A DNA stretch of 64,000 nt from Alphaproteobacteria bacterium (GCA_900769705.1 CAAGHP010000002.1:15633-79632); one strand, 5' to 3'. Counted from the stretch's first letter, positions 1-9,755 are shown. Notes: generated by a model from the sequence alone, not told the origin. Numbers and translations: made by a program.

Positions 1-438
1 GCAGGAACGTATAAAGCAACCGGCTCAACGGCCGAACCGGCGGTTTACGGAAGTGCGGCAGCCGCTGATGGTGAACGCAGAACCGGAGCCATGGGGCAGG
101 TTGCAGCCATTAAAAACAGCGATAATAACGGCATTTACGGCGTGGCGGCTAAAAATCCCGAAAAAGGTGATACCCGCGCAGTTAAAAGTAAAGGCTATCA
201 ATATGTTTCCGGCTATTATTACATTCATGCCGGAGCGTTTACGCAATATGACAAGGCTCATGCGCTTATGGTGCGGCTTAAAGAATACGGCAGCAGTCAT
301 GTTGTAAAAATAGATGTGAGCGGAACAACTTATTACCGCGTTTCTATTGGGCCTTACAGCCGTATTGAAGAGGCTAAAGTGGCACAAGCCAAATTAAAAT
401 ATTATGGAATAAGCGATACAAGAATTGAAAAGAAATAG
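1..438 (+). CDS. SPOR-domain protein, 5'-partial; likely RlpA-like septal lytic transglycosylase C-terminus
   Basis: Reading frame is open from base 1. The C-terminal segment ...YYRVSIGPYSRIEEAKVAQAKLKYYGI... matches the SPOR peptidoglycan-binding fold. The gene sits immediately upstream of dacA, as in the E. coli rlpA-dacA arrangement. Confidence 0.55.
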   Translation, partial: AGTYKATGSTAEPAVYGSAAAADGERRTGAMGQVAAIKNSDNNGIYGVAAKNPEKGDTRAVKSKGYQYVSGYYYIHAGAFTQYDKAHALMVRLKEYGSSHVVKIDVSGTTYYRVSIGPYSRIEEAKVAQAKLKYYGISDTRIEKK

Positions 439-447
439 GAGATAAAA

Positions 448-1593
448 ATGAAATTCAATAAGTTCGGTTTGACGGTTTTGCTGTGCAGCACGGTGTATGG
501 ATTTAATGCTATGTCTTTTGAAACGGCGGCGCGCAATGCAATTTTGATGGATTATGATACCGGTGAATATCTGTTTACTAAAAATATGGATGAAAGCGTG
601 CCTCCTGCTTCTATGAGCAAACTTATGACCGTGTATATTTTGATGAGCAAAATCAAAGATGGCAGCATCAAGCTGGATGATACATTTTCGGTTAGTGAAA
701 ACGCATGGCGCAAAGGCGGCGCAGCTACCGGCGGCTCTACAATGTTTCTTTCCATAGGCGATAATGTGACTGTAGAAAACCTTATTAAAGGCATAGTGAT
801 TCAGTCCGGCAACGATGCTTGTATTGTGGTAGCCGAAAATATAGCTGGCTCGGAAGATGATTTTGTTATTTTAATGAATAAAACCGCTAAAAACTTGGGT
901 CTAAAAAACAGCCATTTTGAAAATGCTACAGGTTTACCGCATCCGGATCACAGAATGTCTATGGAAGATTTGGCTATTTTATCACGCCACATTATCAAAG
1001 AATTTCCGGAACTTTATCATTATTTCAGCCAAAAAGAATTTGTTTATAACAATATCAAACAAGGCAATCGCAATCCGCTTTTATACACAATGAAAGGCGC
1101 TGACGGTTTGAAAACCGGACATACGGAAGAAGCCGGCTTTTGTTTGGCAGCTTCAGCAACCAAAGGAGAACGCCGTTTGATTGAGGTTATGAGCGGTATG
1201 AACAGCAACCGCGAACGTTCGGAAGAAGCTGAGCGTTTAATGAGCTGGGGCTTTAGAGAATTTAATAACTTCAAAATTTTGAACAAAGGACAAAATGTGG
1301 CCGAGGCTAAAGTTTGGTACGGTAAAGATAAAACCGTAAATCTGACTGTGGCCGATGATGTGCTGAAAACCGTGCACAGGAGTCAGCAGGAAAATGTAAA
1401 AGTCACGGCAGAATTTGACGAGCCGGTAAAAGCTCCGGTTAAAGCCGGTCAAGAAATCGGTTCGGTAAAAATAGAAATAGACGGTCAGAATCCTCTGAAT
1501 GTTCCGTTGATTGCCGCCAATGATGTTGACGAGACCGGTATGCTGGGTAAACTTTGGGCTAATATAAAGTATTTTGTATTCGGAGCTAAATAA
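448..1593 (+). CDS. dacA: D-alanyl-D-alanine carboxypeptidase, PBP5/6 family
   Basis: Signal peptide is present. Motifs SMSKLMT (SxxK), IQSGNDA (SxN) and LKTGHT (KTG) are all found. The size and the C-terminal domain fit PBP5. Confidence 0.88.
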   Translation: MKFNKFGLTVLLCSTVYGFNAMSFETAARNAILMDYDTGEYLFTKNMDESVPPASMSKLMTVYILMSKIKDGSIKLDDTFSVSENAWRKGGAATGGSTMFLSIGDNVTVENLIKGIVIQSGNDACIVVAENIAGSEDDFVILMNKTAKNLGLKNSHFENATGLPHPDHRMSMEDLAILSRHIIKEFPELYHYFSQKEFVYNNIKQGNRNPLLYTMKGADGLKTGHTEEAGFCLAASATKGERRLIEVMSGMNSNRERSEEAERLMSWGFREFNNFKILNKGQNVAEAKVWYGKDKTVNLTVADDVLKTVHRSQQENVKVTAEFDEPVKAPVKAGQEIGSVKIEIDGQNPLNVPLIAANDVDETGMLGKLWANIKYFVFGAK

Positions 1594-2237
1594 TGCGCGG
1601 CAAGTACATCACGCTTGAAGGTGGCGAAGGCTGCGGAAAATCAACACAAGTCAGACTTTTGGCGCAATATCTGGAACAAAACGGTATAGCCTGCGTGCAG
1701 AGCAAAGAACCCGGCAGCACGGAAGAAGGAAAAATTATCCGTAATTTACTGGTCACAGGGGATAAGGATAAGTTTGATGCCATTAGTGAGTGCTTGCTTT
1801 ATTATGCTGACAGGCGTTGTGATTTGACTAAAGTTGTCTGGCCTGCTTTAGAAGCAGGCAAATGGGTTGTCAGCGACAGATATGCAGATTCTACGGAAGC
1901 TTATCAGTATTATGGCTATGATAAGCGCGTGCCGCTGGAAACTTTGCAGAAGCTATATAGAATCGTAGCCGGTGATTTTCATCCGGATTTGACAATTATA
2001 TTGGATATGGAACCGGAAATTGGCATGCGCCGCTCTTATGCCAAAGCCGAAACCATGGCGGTTAAAGAACTGCGTTTTGAAAGCAGGCAGCTGGAATTTC
2101 ATAATAATCTGCGCCGCGGATTTCTGGAAATTGCCAAACGCGAGCCGGGACGCTGCGTGGTGCTGAATGCTGACAGGGATATTGAAACTCTGCATAAGCA
2201 AATTGTGGAAACAGTCAAAGAAAGGCTGGGCTGCTGA
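1593..2237 (+). CDS. tmk: thymidylate (dTMP) kinase
   Basis: P-loop ITLEGGEGCGKST is present. Length is 214 aa. The conserved tmk-holB-tatD order follows. Confidence 0.85.
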   Translation: MRGKYITLEGGEGCGKSTQVRLLAQYLEQNGIACVQSKEPGSTEEGKIIRNLLVTGDKDKFDAISECLLYYADRRCDLTKVVWPALEAGKWVVSDRYADSTEAYQYYGYDKRVPLETLQKLYRIVAGDFHPDLTIILDMEPEIGMRRSYAKAETMAVKELRFESRQLEFHNNLRRGFLEIAKREPGRCVVLNADRDIETLHKQIVETVKERLGC

Positions 2238-3289
2238 TGGCAGATGAGGTCAATATTTCTCCGCGCACTAACAGCTTTTTGCTGGGACAAACTAAAGCCG
2301 AAGAGCTTTTTTTGAAAGCTTGGAAAAATAATACTATGCACCATGCTTGGATTTTGAGCGGTCCGAAAGGTATCGGCAAAGCGACGCTGGCTTATCGTAT
2401 TGCCCGTTTTTTGCTATGGGCTGACGAAAGCAAAAAAGAGTCTTATAATTCATTAAATATTCCGGAGGATTCCGAAGTTTTTAAACAAACAGCTTCCGGT
2501 TCGCATCCGGATTTAATGGTTGTTGAACGCGATTATATTGAAACCGACCGCAAAAAAATTATTAAGGCTATTCAAAAAGGCGAAGCTCCTGATGAAGAAG
2601 AGCTGAGCGCTATGAAAAAGTCGGCTTTTATACGTGTGGATGACGTGCGCAAAGTCAATGAGTTTTTGGCTAAGACTTCATTTAATGATAATTGGCGGAT
2701 AGTGATTATAGACAGCGCCGATGAAATGAATAAAAACGCCGCAAACGCGCTGCTGAAGATTTTGGAAGAGCCTCCGGCACACACGGTTTTGCTGCTTATA
2801 AGCCACAATGCCGGAATGTTGCTACCGACAATCCGTTCGCGCTGCGCTAAATTACCGCTGCAGATGCTTGATTTTAATGAAACAGCTAGCCTGCTGCGTC
2901 GCTATCGTCCGCAACTTAAAGAAGCGATGATAAGCAAAGTGGCGGAAATGTGTTCGCAAAGTATTGGACAAGCTATTTTATATGCTGATTTGGATGCGGT
3001 CGGAATGTATGATAATCTGTGCAAGATTCTCTATCTTAAGCAAAAATTTGCGTTAAGAGATTTACTGGAGTTTTGTACGGAAGCTACCGCCGATGCCGAT
3101 AGTTTTGCTTTGCTGCAGGAGTTGATTTTGAAGTTTATCCGTGAAAATATGCTGCAATCTCAAGATGTTGAGGCTTTATATGCGTGCTGGGATGAAACAA
3201 ATCGTAAATTTGCCGATTGCCAAAACATAAATATGGATAAAAAACAGATGCTGATTAACTTAATAACTAAAATTTGCAAGGTTTTATAA
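2237..3289 (+). CDS. holB: DNA polymerase III delta-prime subunit
   Basis: Walker-A-like GPKGIGKATLA and sensor-2 TIRSRC box are present. Start overlaps the tmk stop (ATGA). Confidence 0.75.
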   Translation: MADEVNISPRTNSFLLGQTKAEELFLKAWKNNTMHHAWILSGPKGIGKATLAYRIARFLLWADESKKESYNSLNIPEDSEVFKQTASGSHPDLMVVERDYIETDRKKIIKAIQKGEAPDEEELSAMKKSAFIRVDDVRKVNEFLAKTSFNDNWRIVIIDSADEMNKNAANALLKILEEPPAHTVLLLISHNAGMLLPTIRSRCAKLPLQMLDFNETASLLRRYRPQLKEAMISKVAEMCSQSIGQAILYADLDAVGMYDNLCKILYLKQKFALRDLLEFCTEATADADSFALLQELILKFIRENMLQSQDVEALYACWDETNRKFADCQNINMDKKQMLINLITKICKVL

Positions 3290-4072
3290 ATGTTTACAGA
3301 CAGCCATTGTCATATTAACGCCGCCGATTTTGCACAGGACCGAGAAGAAACGGTGCAGCGGGCAAGAGATATACAGATTGATTATATTTTGGATGTGTGC
3401 GATGATATAGCCGATATGCCGCGTCTATTGGATTTTTGCAACAGTCACAGACATATTTATACCACTGCCGGAGTGCATCCGGAATTGGCTGACAAATATC
3501 CGGATTTTACGGCAGAGCAGATTTTAGAACAGGCAAAATCGCCGTATGTTGTCGGTATCGGCGAATGCGGGTTAGATTATTATTACAACGCCGATATCAA
3601 AGAACAGCAGCTAAAAGTTTTAGCAGCGCATATCAAAGCTGCACAGATAAGCGGATTGCCTTTGATTATCCATAATCGCGAGTCTGACGATGATATGATT
3701 GCCATGTTAGGCGAGGCTTATAAAAAGCAAAAATTCAAAGGGGAACTGCATTGTTTTTCGTCATCAAAAAAATTATTGGAATTTGCGCTTTCTATAGGGT
3801 TTTATATTTCAGCTTCCGGTATTATCACATTTAAAAATAGCGAAAATTTGCGGAATATGTTTAAAAGTGTGCCAAACGATCGGCTGCTGATAGAAACAGA
3901 TTCACCGTATTTGGCTCCGGTTCCGCACCGAGGACAGCGCAACGAGCCGGCTTTTGTGGTAAATACGGCAGAAGCATTGGCTAAACTGAAAAATATGGAG
4001 ATTACCGATTTGGCAGAATTAACAACCGGCAATTTTTTGAGATTGTTTGATAAGGTAAAAGCAGATGAGTAA
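3290..4072 (+). CDS. tatD: TatD-family metal-dependent hydrolase / DNase
   Basis: N-terminus is FTDSHCHIN. Other motifs are GVHPE, IGECGLDY and LIETDSPYL. Confidence 0.85.
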   Translation: MFTDSHCHINAADFAQDREETVQRARDIQIDYILDVCDDIADMPRLLDFCNSHRHIYTTAGVHPELADKYPDFTAEQILEQAKSPYVVGIGECGLDYYYNADIKEQQLKVLAAHIKAAQISGLPLIIHNRESDDDMIAMLGEAYKKQKFKGELHCFSSSKKLLEFALSIGFYISASGIITFKNSENLRNMFKSVPNDRLLIETDSPYLAPVPHRGQRNEPAFVVNTAEALAKLKNMEITDLAELTTGNFLRLFDKVKADE

Positions 4073-4850
4073 GCTGGTTATTTTAGGTAGCGGTGCCGCT
4101 CCCGGAGTGCCGTCCGTTTCCGGAGGGTGGGGCGCTTGCAATCCAACTAATCCCAAAAACAACAGACAGCGCGCCGGAGCTTATTTGACAGACGGAACAA
4201 CTCAAATTTTGATAGATACTTCACCAGATTTGAAAAATCAGCTGATAGCAAACAATATTACTGTAGTTGACGGAGTTTTATATACGCATACACATGCCGA
4301 CCATCTGCATGGCATCGATGATTTGCGAGGCATAACCCGCAATACCAGAAAAAGCCTGAATTTTTATGCCATAGCGCCGCAAATTGCCGAGATAAAAGAA
4401 CGTTTTCGCTATGTTTTTTCTAATGTAGAGCATTATCAGATTACTAATCATCCAGAATTGCTGCCGGTGGAAATAGAATATGGCAAAGAGTTTGATTTGG
4501 GAACTTTCAAAATCAGACCGCTGGAGTTTGGCGGGCACTCGGTGGCTACAACCGGATATTGCTTTAATGATGGGCAAGTGGTTTTAGTGCCGGATTTTAA
4601 GCTGATACCAGAACAGTCTTTGGCATATTTGCAGCAAATTGATGTGAATGTTTTGATTATGCCCTTGACTATTCTGCATGGCGGCAGGTATCATGCGAAT
4701 ATTGATATTATTTTGCACTATGCTTCTCTGATTAAAGCCAAAAGAGTGATTTTGACACATATGGCCACAGAATGCGATTATGATGAAGTGATGAAGTTGA
4801 CGCCGGAAAATATGGAGCCGGCTTTTGATAATATGGTTATTGAGTTTTAA
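4065..4850 (+). CDS. MBL-fold metallo-hydrolase
   Basis: THTHADHLHG (HxHxDH) motif is present. Start overlaps tatD by 8 nt. Confidence 0.7.
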   Translation: MSKLVILGSGAAPGVPSVSGGWGACNPTNPKNNRQRAGAYLTDGTTQILIDTSPDLKNQLIANNITVVDGVLYTHTHADHLHGIDDLRGITRNTRKSLNFYAIAPQIAEIKERFRYVFSNVEHYQITNHPELLPVEIEYGKEFDLGTFKIRPLEFGGHSVATTGYCFNDGQVVLVPDFKLIPEQSLAYLQQIDVNVLIMPLTILHGGRYHANIDIILHYASLIKAKRVILTHMATECDYDEVMKLTPENMEPAFDNMVIEF

Positions 4851-4861
4851 GGAGTATATGA

Positions 4862-5743
4862 ATGCTGTGTATTTATCATATTGCCGATCATGACGGGAAA
4901 GGTTCGGCCGCGATTGTTAAAAGTAAATTTCCTGATATTGAATTGATGGGGCTGAATCATGATATGGAAATTCCTTACGAAGAAATTGAAAAACATGATA
5001 AATTGGTTATCTGCGACATCGCGCTGCCGGTTAAATATATGCTTGAACTCAATAAAAAAATTGATTTGACTTGGATTGACCATCATGTTTCGGTTATCAA
5101 AGAATATGATGAATTGATGAAAACAGGTGAATATGAACCGATTAAAGGGGTGCGTAAAGTCGGTACAGCCGCCATTGTTTTGACATGGGGCTATTTTTAT
5201 CCGGAAAAAGAACTGCCGGAAGGCATCCGTCTGCTTGGTTTGAATGATATTTATGATTTGCGTGACCGTAGAGTCCGTCCGTTTGAATATGCGATTCAAA
5301 CATACGGAGTAAACCGCCCAACTGATAGAATCTGGACACAACTGATGAATAATGAAGTAGACATCAAAGCTATGGTTGAAAAAGGCTCGGCTATTTTATC
5401 ATGGGTTCGTCACCGCAATTATCGTTTGGTGCGCGGTATGGGCTTTGTCAGTGAATATAAAGGTATGCGCTGTGTTTGCGCTAATATGGCTCAGGGACAG
5501 TCCGAATTTTTTGATTCACTGGAAAATATCCGTGATTTTGATTTTATGGTTATTTTCTTTATGAATAAGAAAAACTTGTGGAATATGACCTTTTATACAG
5601 CAAAAAGCAATGTTGATGTGTCTTTGATTGCTAAAGAATTCGGCGGCGGCGGGCATGCTAAGGCGGCAGGAGCTTCATCCTTAAAAGAGCTTCCGGATTT
5701 TTTGAAAAACGGTAAGCCTTGGAGCAAACCACTGCAGAATTAA
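4862..5743 (+). CDS. DHH/DHHA1 family phosphoesterase (NrnA-like oligoribonuclease / pAp phosphatase)
   Basis: N-terminal HIADHDGKGS, a DHH motif (WIDHHVSV) and the C-terminal DHHA1 GGGGH motif are present. Confidence 0.65.
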   Translation: MLCIYHIADHDGKGSAAIVKSKFPDIELMGLNHDMEIPYEEIEKHDKLVICDIALPVKYMLELNKKIDLTWIDHHVSVIKEYDELMKTGEYEPIKGVRKVGTAAIVLTWGYFYPEKELPEGIRLLGLNDIYDLRDRRVRPFEYAIQTYGVNRPTDRIWTQLMNNEVDIKAMVEKGSAILSWVRHRNYRLVRGMGFVSEYKGMRCVCANMAQGQSEFFDSLENIRDFDFMVIFFMNKKNLWNMTFYTAKSNVDVSLIAKEFGGGGHAKAAGASSLKELPDFLKNGKPWSKPLQN

Positions 5744-5761
5744 GCCTGTATGTTTTTTTAT

Positions 5762-5799
5762 AAAATATCCCTTTGCCGTAAAAAGCAGGGGATATTTTT
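5762..5799 (+). terminator. rho-independent terminator of the rlpA..nrnA-like operon
   Basis: Perfect 10-11 bp stem AAAATATCCCC / GGGGATATTTT followed by TTTTAT. Confidence 0.7.
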
Positions 5800-5821
5800 A
5801 TATGTTCCTATATGTCTTTAC

Positions 5822-5850
5822 TTGACAAAAAAATGAAAAATAATATACTG
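5822..5850 (+). promoter_or_regulatory. sigma70 promoter, family copy A (TTGACA-17-TATACT, TGn extended -10)
   Basis: cTTGACAaaaaaatgaaaaataaTATACT. A near-identical promoter plus leader is found at 7169 and 9819. Confidence 0.6.
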
Positions 5851-5880
5851 AACTAAATTTTAATTATTAACTTATTTATT

Positions 5881-6615
5881 ATGATACATTTTACTAATAA
5901 ATCGTGTTTTTTAATTGGCAGAAACCGTAAAACACCGCAGCCTCTTTTAGTCGCATCCGATAAAGTCGGCTTTGGGCTGAAAGCGGAAGATGTTTTGGCA
6001 ATCGTAAGTTATAATCTTGTGTTTGCCCTAAACGCTCAAGCTGCGAATGAACTGAAAAAAATTGCCGATAAGTCGCTTTGCCTGTATGATTTGCCGGACT
6101 ATTGCTTTGAGGCAGATTTTGCAGCATGCGACAATGATTTTCGGCACAAAGCGGAGATGCTTTGTCAAAACGGCTGCAAAGTAGATGAAAAGCAGCTACA
6201 TCAGCCTGTGCTATGGTTTTTGGCAGAGCCGGTTTGGTTTTATAACCAAAATGAAAAGCCTAAGGACTATCTTCTGGCGGCGCTTATATATCTGAACCGC
6301 GACAGCTTTACACTCAAATATTCTATGAATTTTGATGAGGCACGCGTTCATGATATTATCGGCTTTGTGCTGGATGATTTTGTGTTTTCGCTGAATACGG
6401 CTGCCAACTGTATGCTTTTTGAGATGGTGCAGAATGAAAAATGCTTGTTCCGCGCTACAAAAGACGGAGAGTACGGCGTAGGGCGAAAAGTTACGCAAAC
6501 TCCGGAATTTTCTAAGCTTATCAATATCTTGCAAAATTATTGCGTGATAGACAACAGTGTATATCTGCCTTTTTTGAGGTGGAAAACCGATAATTCTGAA
6601 AAACTGATTTTTTAA
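5881..6615 (+). CDS. hypothetical protein, paralog family member A
   Basis: 244-aa ORF behind a strong promoter with no recognisable domain. Its N-terminal block LAIVSYNLVFALN aligns with LGIVCQGVIFALN of ORF 7240. Confidence 0.55.
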   Translation: MIHFTNKSCFLIGRNRKTPQPLLVASDKVGFGLKAEDVLAIVSYNLVFALNAQAANELKKIADKSLCLYDLPDYCFEADFAACDNDFRHKAEMLCQNGCKVDEKQLHQPVLWFLAEPVWFYNQNEKPKDYLLAALIYLNRDSFTLKYSMNFDEARVHDIIGFVLDDFVFSLNTAANCMLFEMVQNEKCLFRATKDGEYGVGRKVTQTPEFSKLINILQNYCVIDNSVYLPFLRWKTDNSEKLIF

Positions 6616-6626
6616 CTTAAATTATT

Positions 6627-7109
6627 ATGTTTATGGACAGCAAATTTAACATTAAAGTGGATGCTCCAAGCGAGTTGGCGTATATTACCGAGCTTGGACA
6701 TGTTCAGGTTCTGCCTGTGTTGGAAATAGCCAAGCGTGATAAACTTTGGGGAATTAAATGCGGCAATATTATCGTAGCGCTGAAAAATTCAAAGTTTAAC
6801 AACTGGATTCACGCCATGAAATCAGAGCGGGTTTTGTCGCCAAAATGGAAAATTTCTTTGCCGCTGGTGGATGATTTGTGCGATTGCTATGCAGCAAAAG
6901 ACAACTTCCGCAAGACTTTGGATTTTTTGCACGTTCACTCGGTTGATGCCGATGATTGGCTGGACGGCTGGTACTGGTCGGGCGAAGAAACCGGATTTGA
7001 TTCTGATACTATACATACTTTTGATATGAAAGACGGTATGTATTCTAAGCATGATCGCCGCGACAACAACGGTTTTGTGCGTTATGCTTTAGTGAGATTG
7101 CCAGAGTAA
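6627..7109 (+). CDS. hypothetical protein, co-transcribed with 5881
   Basis: 160-aa ORF 12 bp downstream of the previous gene. A terminator follows it. Confidence 0.5.
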   Translation: MFMDSKFNIKVDAPSELAYITELGHVQVLPVLEIAKRDKLWGIKCGNIIVALKNSKFNNWIHAMKSERVLSPKWKISLPLVDDLCDCYAAKDNFRKTLDFLHVHSVDADDWLDGWYWSGEETGFDSDTIHTFDMKDGMYSKHDRRDNNGFVRYALVRLPE

Positions 7110-7125
7110 TAGATTATAAAAAAAA

Positions 7126-7158
7126 CTGTAAAGTCATTAGTGATTTTACGGTTTTTTT
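7126..7158 (+). terminator. rho-independent terminator
   Basis: CTGTAAA..12 nt..TTTACGG stem (one G-U pair) followed by TTTTTTT. Confidence 0.55.
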
Positions 7159-7168
7159 GTTTATAGGC

Positions 7169-7197
7169 TTGACAAAAAAATAAAAATATGTATACTA
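7169..7197 (+). promoter_or_regulatory. sigma70 promoter, family copy B
   Basis: cTTGACAaaaaaataaaaatatgTATACT, nearly identical to copy A including the A-rich spacer. Confidence 0.6.
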
Positions 7198-7239
7198 AAA
7201 CTGTATTTTAATTATTTAACTTTTTAAATTTTTACTATT

Positions 7240-7581
7240 ATGTCTAATGGTTTTATTCAAACGCCATGCCCGCTGGTTTTTTATAACGGCCGAGAGGGCA
7301 AATTGGAACTTTCATCCAGAGTTGATACGGATAAGTGCCATTTAGTGTTGGGCATTGTTTGCCAAGGAGTTATTTTTGCATTAAATGATTTTAGCAAACG
7401 CTCCTTAATCGGTTTTCAATCTTCTGATTCTCATCTTGCAAAAATTCTGCCGAATGATAATCCGAAAGCAGTTGAAACCATGCACAATATTTTGCTGCAA
7501 AAAACCATAACTATGTTATCGTTTCATTGCAATGTTGATACTAATGTTGTTAAAAAACCTCTGTTATTATGGAAAGAGTAA
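7240..7581 (+). CDS. hypothetical protein, short paralog of 5881 N-terminal domain
   Basis: 113-aa ORF sharing the motif C.L...R....L.IV....VIFALN with the 5881 product. It has the same promoter and leader type. Confidence 0.5.
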   Translation: MSNGFIQTPCPLVFYNGREGKLELSSRVDTDKCHLVLGIVCQGVIFALNDFSKRSLIGFQSSDSHLAKILPNDNPKAVETMHNILLQKTITMLSFHCNVDTNVVKKPLLLWKE

Positions 7582-7586
7582 TAATG

Positions 7587-7630
7587 AAAATCCTCTTAAA
7601 AACTTATTGTTTTTGAGGGGATTTTTGTTT
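7587..7630 (+). terminator. rho-independent terminator
   Basis: AAAATCCTC...GAGGGGATTTT stem followed by a T-run. Confidence 0.5.
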
Positions 7631-7656
7631 ATAGTAACGGCATAAGGAGAAATTAA

Positions 7657-8868
7657 ATGCAGCTCAGCGCTAAATATCAGGCAGTTTTAGAAGTTATAGC
7701 CAAAGTTTTTCAAGATCAATATCCGGCCGACAATATTTTGAAGGAATATTTGCGGAATAGAAAGTATATCGGTTCTAAAGACCGCAAGTTTATTACCAAT
7801 ACGGTGTGGGATATCATTCGCCACCGTAGCCGGTTGGAATTTGACTGTGGCTGCTGCGAATCGCGGATGCTGCTGCTGACTTATCTTAAAGACGAAGATT
7901 TGGATATTGTAGCCGACGGTTCGGAATATGGCTTAAAACCGCTGACTAAAGAAGAAAAAGAAAAACTGGAGCATCTGAATGAAGATGTTTATCCTGAATA
8001 TATAGAAAAAGAATGTCCAAAATGGCTGTATGAAAAAATCAACAATCCGGCATTGGCCGAAAGTCTGAATACTACAGCTCCGGCTGATATCAGAGCTAAT
8101 TTTATCAGCCGCGAAGAAGCTAAAAACAAACTGCAGAAAGAGGGGTTGTTCTTTTCTCTTACTCCATATTCGCCGTATGGATTGCGCTCAGCCGAAAGAG
8201 TAAATTTGCAAAACTGCATAGCTTATCAAAACGGAGAAATAGAAGTGCAGGATGAGGCGTCGCAGCTTGGAGCTATTTTGTGTGATGTGCGCAATAATCA
8301 GAGGATTATAGACTATTGTTGCGGCGGAGGCGGCAAAAGTCTGCTGCTGGGAGCTATTTTGCATAACGACGGCTTGATTTATGCCCATGATAAAAACTTT
8401 AACCGTATGGATGGGTTAAAAACGCGGGCTGAGCGATTGGGAATTAAAAATATCAAAATTATCCAAGGGATAAATGCTGCCGATAAATTTGATCGTTTTA
8501 TTGTAGATGCTCCATGTTCCGGCAGCGGAACATGGAGGCGTTCGCCTGATGCTAAATACCGTCTTACGCCTAAGCAACTGAAAGCCATAGAACAAGCTCA
8601 GACCGAAATTTTAGATATTGCCGCCAAGCATGTGTCTGACAGCGGACGGATTATTTATATGACTTGTTCGGTTCTGCCTGAAGAAAATGAACAAAGGATA
8701 GAAGATTTTCTGCAAAAATATCCGGACTTTACGACTGTTAATATGAAAAATTTATGGGAAAGAAAATTGGAACAGCCATATCCTTTTACGGAAACGCGCT
8801 GGTTAAAGTGTTCACCTCTGTTGACCGGTACAGACGGATTTTTTGTCTGTGTACTGCAAAAGAAATAA
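7657..8868 (+). CDS. rsmB: 16S rRNA (cytosine-C5) methyltransferase, RsmB/Sun (NOL1/NOP2) family
   Basis: NusB-like N-terminus is present. SAM-binding site DYCCGGGGKS and catalytic IVDAPCSGSGTWRR are found. An RBS AAGGAG lies upstream. Confidence 0.75.
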   Translation: MQLSAKYQAVLEVIAKVFQDQYPADNILKEYLRNRKYIGSKDRKFITNTVWDIIRHRSRLEFDCGCCESRMLLLTYLKDEDLDIVADGSEYGLKPLTKEEKEKLEHLNEDVYPEYIEKECPKWLYEKINNPALAESLNTTAPADIRANFISREEAKNKLQKEGLFFSLTPYSPYGLRSAERVNLQNCIAYQNGEIEVQDEASQLGAILCDVRNNQRIIDYCCGGGGKSLLLGAILHNDGLIYAHDKNFNRMDGLKTRAERLGIKNIKIIQGINAADKFDRFIVDAPCSGSGTWRRSPDAKYRLTPKQLKAIEQAQTEILDIAAKHVSDSGRIIYMTCSVLPEENEQRIEDFLQKYPDFTTVNMKNLWERKLEQPYPFTETRWLKCSPLLTGTDGFFVCVLQKK

Positions 8869-8957
8869 ACTGTAACGTTTTGTGTGTTGCAATCTGTCCG
8901 GACTGTTTGTAGTCTTACGGATAGTTAATGTTTTATATGTAAAAAAGGAATAAGATT

Positions 8958-9755
8958 ATGGCTAAAATTCATGCTACAGCTGTTGTCGAAGACGGCGCAC
9001 AAATCTCGGACAGTGCAGAAATAGGACCTTTCTGCTGGGTTAGCGCTCAGGCTAAAATCGGCGAAAACGTACGTTTGCTTGGACAAGTTACAATTTACGG
9101 AGATACGACAATCGGCGAGGGGACAGTTGTTTTTCCCGGAGCCAGACTTGGCTGCGGACCGCAAGATCACGGCAATGAATTTCAGCCGGGAGCGCGTTTG
9201 ATTATAGGCAAACGCAATGTTATCCGCGAAAATGTGACTATGCACGCCGGTACGCCGAAAGAACACCTGACAACTGTTGTCGGCGATGATGGTATGTTTA
9301 TGGTTAATTCGCATATCGCCCATGACTGCGTGGTCGGCAATAATGTGATTATGACTAACAATGCGGTAATCGGCGGTCATGTCCATTTGGGCGACGGAGT
9401 TATTTTGGGTGGCAACTGTGCGGTTCATCAGTTTGTGCATATCGGGCGCAAAGCTATGGTTGGCGGCGTTTCGGGCATTGCCCGTGATGTTATTCCGTTT
9501 GGCATTGCCAACGGTATGCCGGCGCACCTGCGCGGTTTGAACGTTGTCGGTTTAAAGCGCAGCGGCTTGGAAGAAAGTGTTATCAAATCCTGCACCCGCG
9601 CATTTATGTTTATATTTAAAGGCTCTAACGGTACTTTTGAAGAGCGTGTTGCTCAAGCTGCCGAAAAATATAAAGACAATGAAATGATTATGGAACAAAT
9701 CACATTTATTCAGGAATCTTTGGCCGGCAAACGCAATTTGACTATTGCCGATTGA
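8958..9755 (+). CDS. lpxA: acyl-ACP:UDP-GlcNAc O-acyltransferase
   Basis: Left-handed beta-helix hexapeptide repeats run the whole length. Size is 265 aa with N-terminus MAKIHATAVV. RBS is AAGGAA. Confidence 0.8.
   Translation: MAKIHATAVVEDGAQISDSAEIGPFCWVSAQAKIGENVRLLGQVTIYGDTTIGEGTVVFPGARLGCGPQDHGNEFQPGARLIIGKRNVIRENVTMHAGTPKEHLTTVVGDDGMFMVNSHIAHDCVVGNNVIMTNNAVIGGHVHLGDGVILGGNCAVHQFVHIGRKAMVGGVSGIARDVIPFGIANGMPAHLRGLNVVGLKRSGLEESVIKSCTRAFMFIFKGSNGTFEERVAQAAEKYKDNEMIMEQITFIQESLAGKRNLTIAD

Noticed and set aside
8925-9527. 200-aa minus-strand ORF overlapping lpxA.
   Set aside because: It is the antisense shadow of the lpxA hexapeptide-repeat gene.
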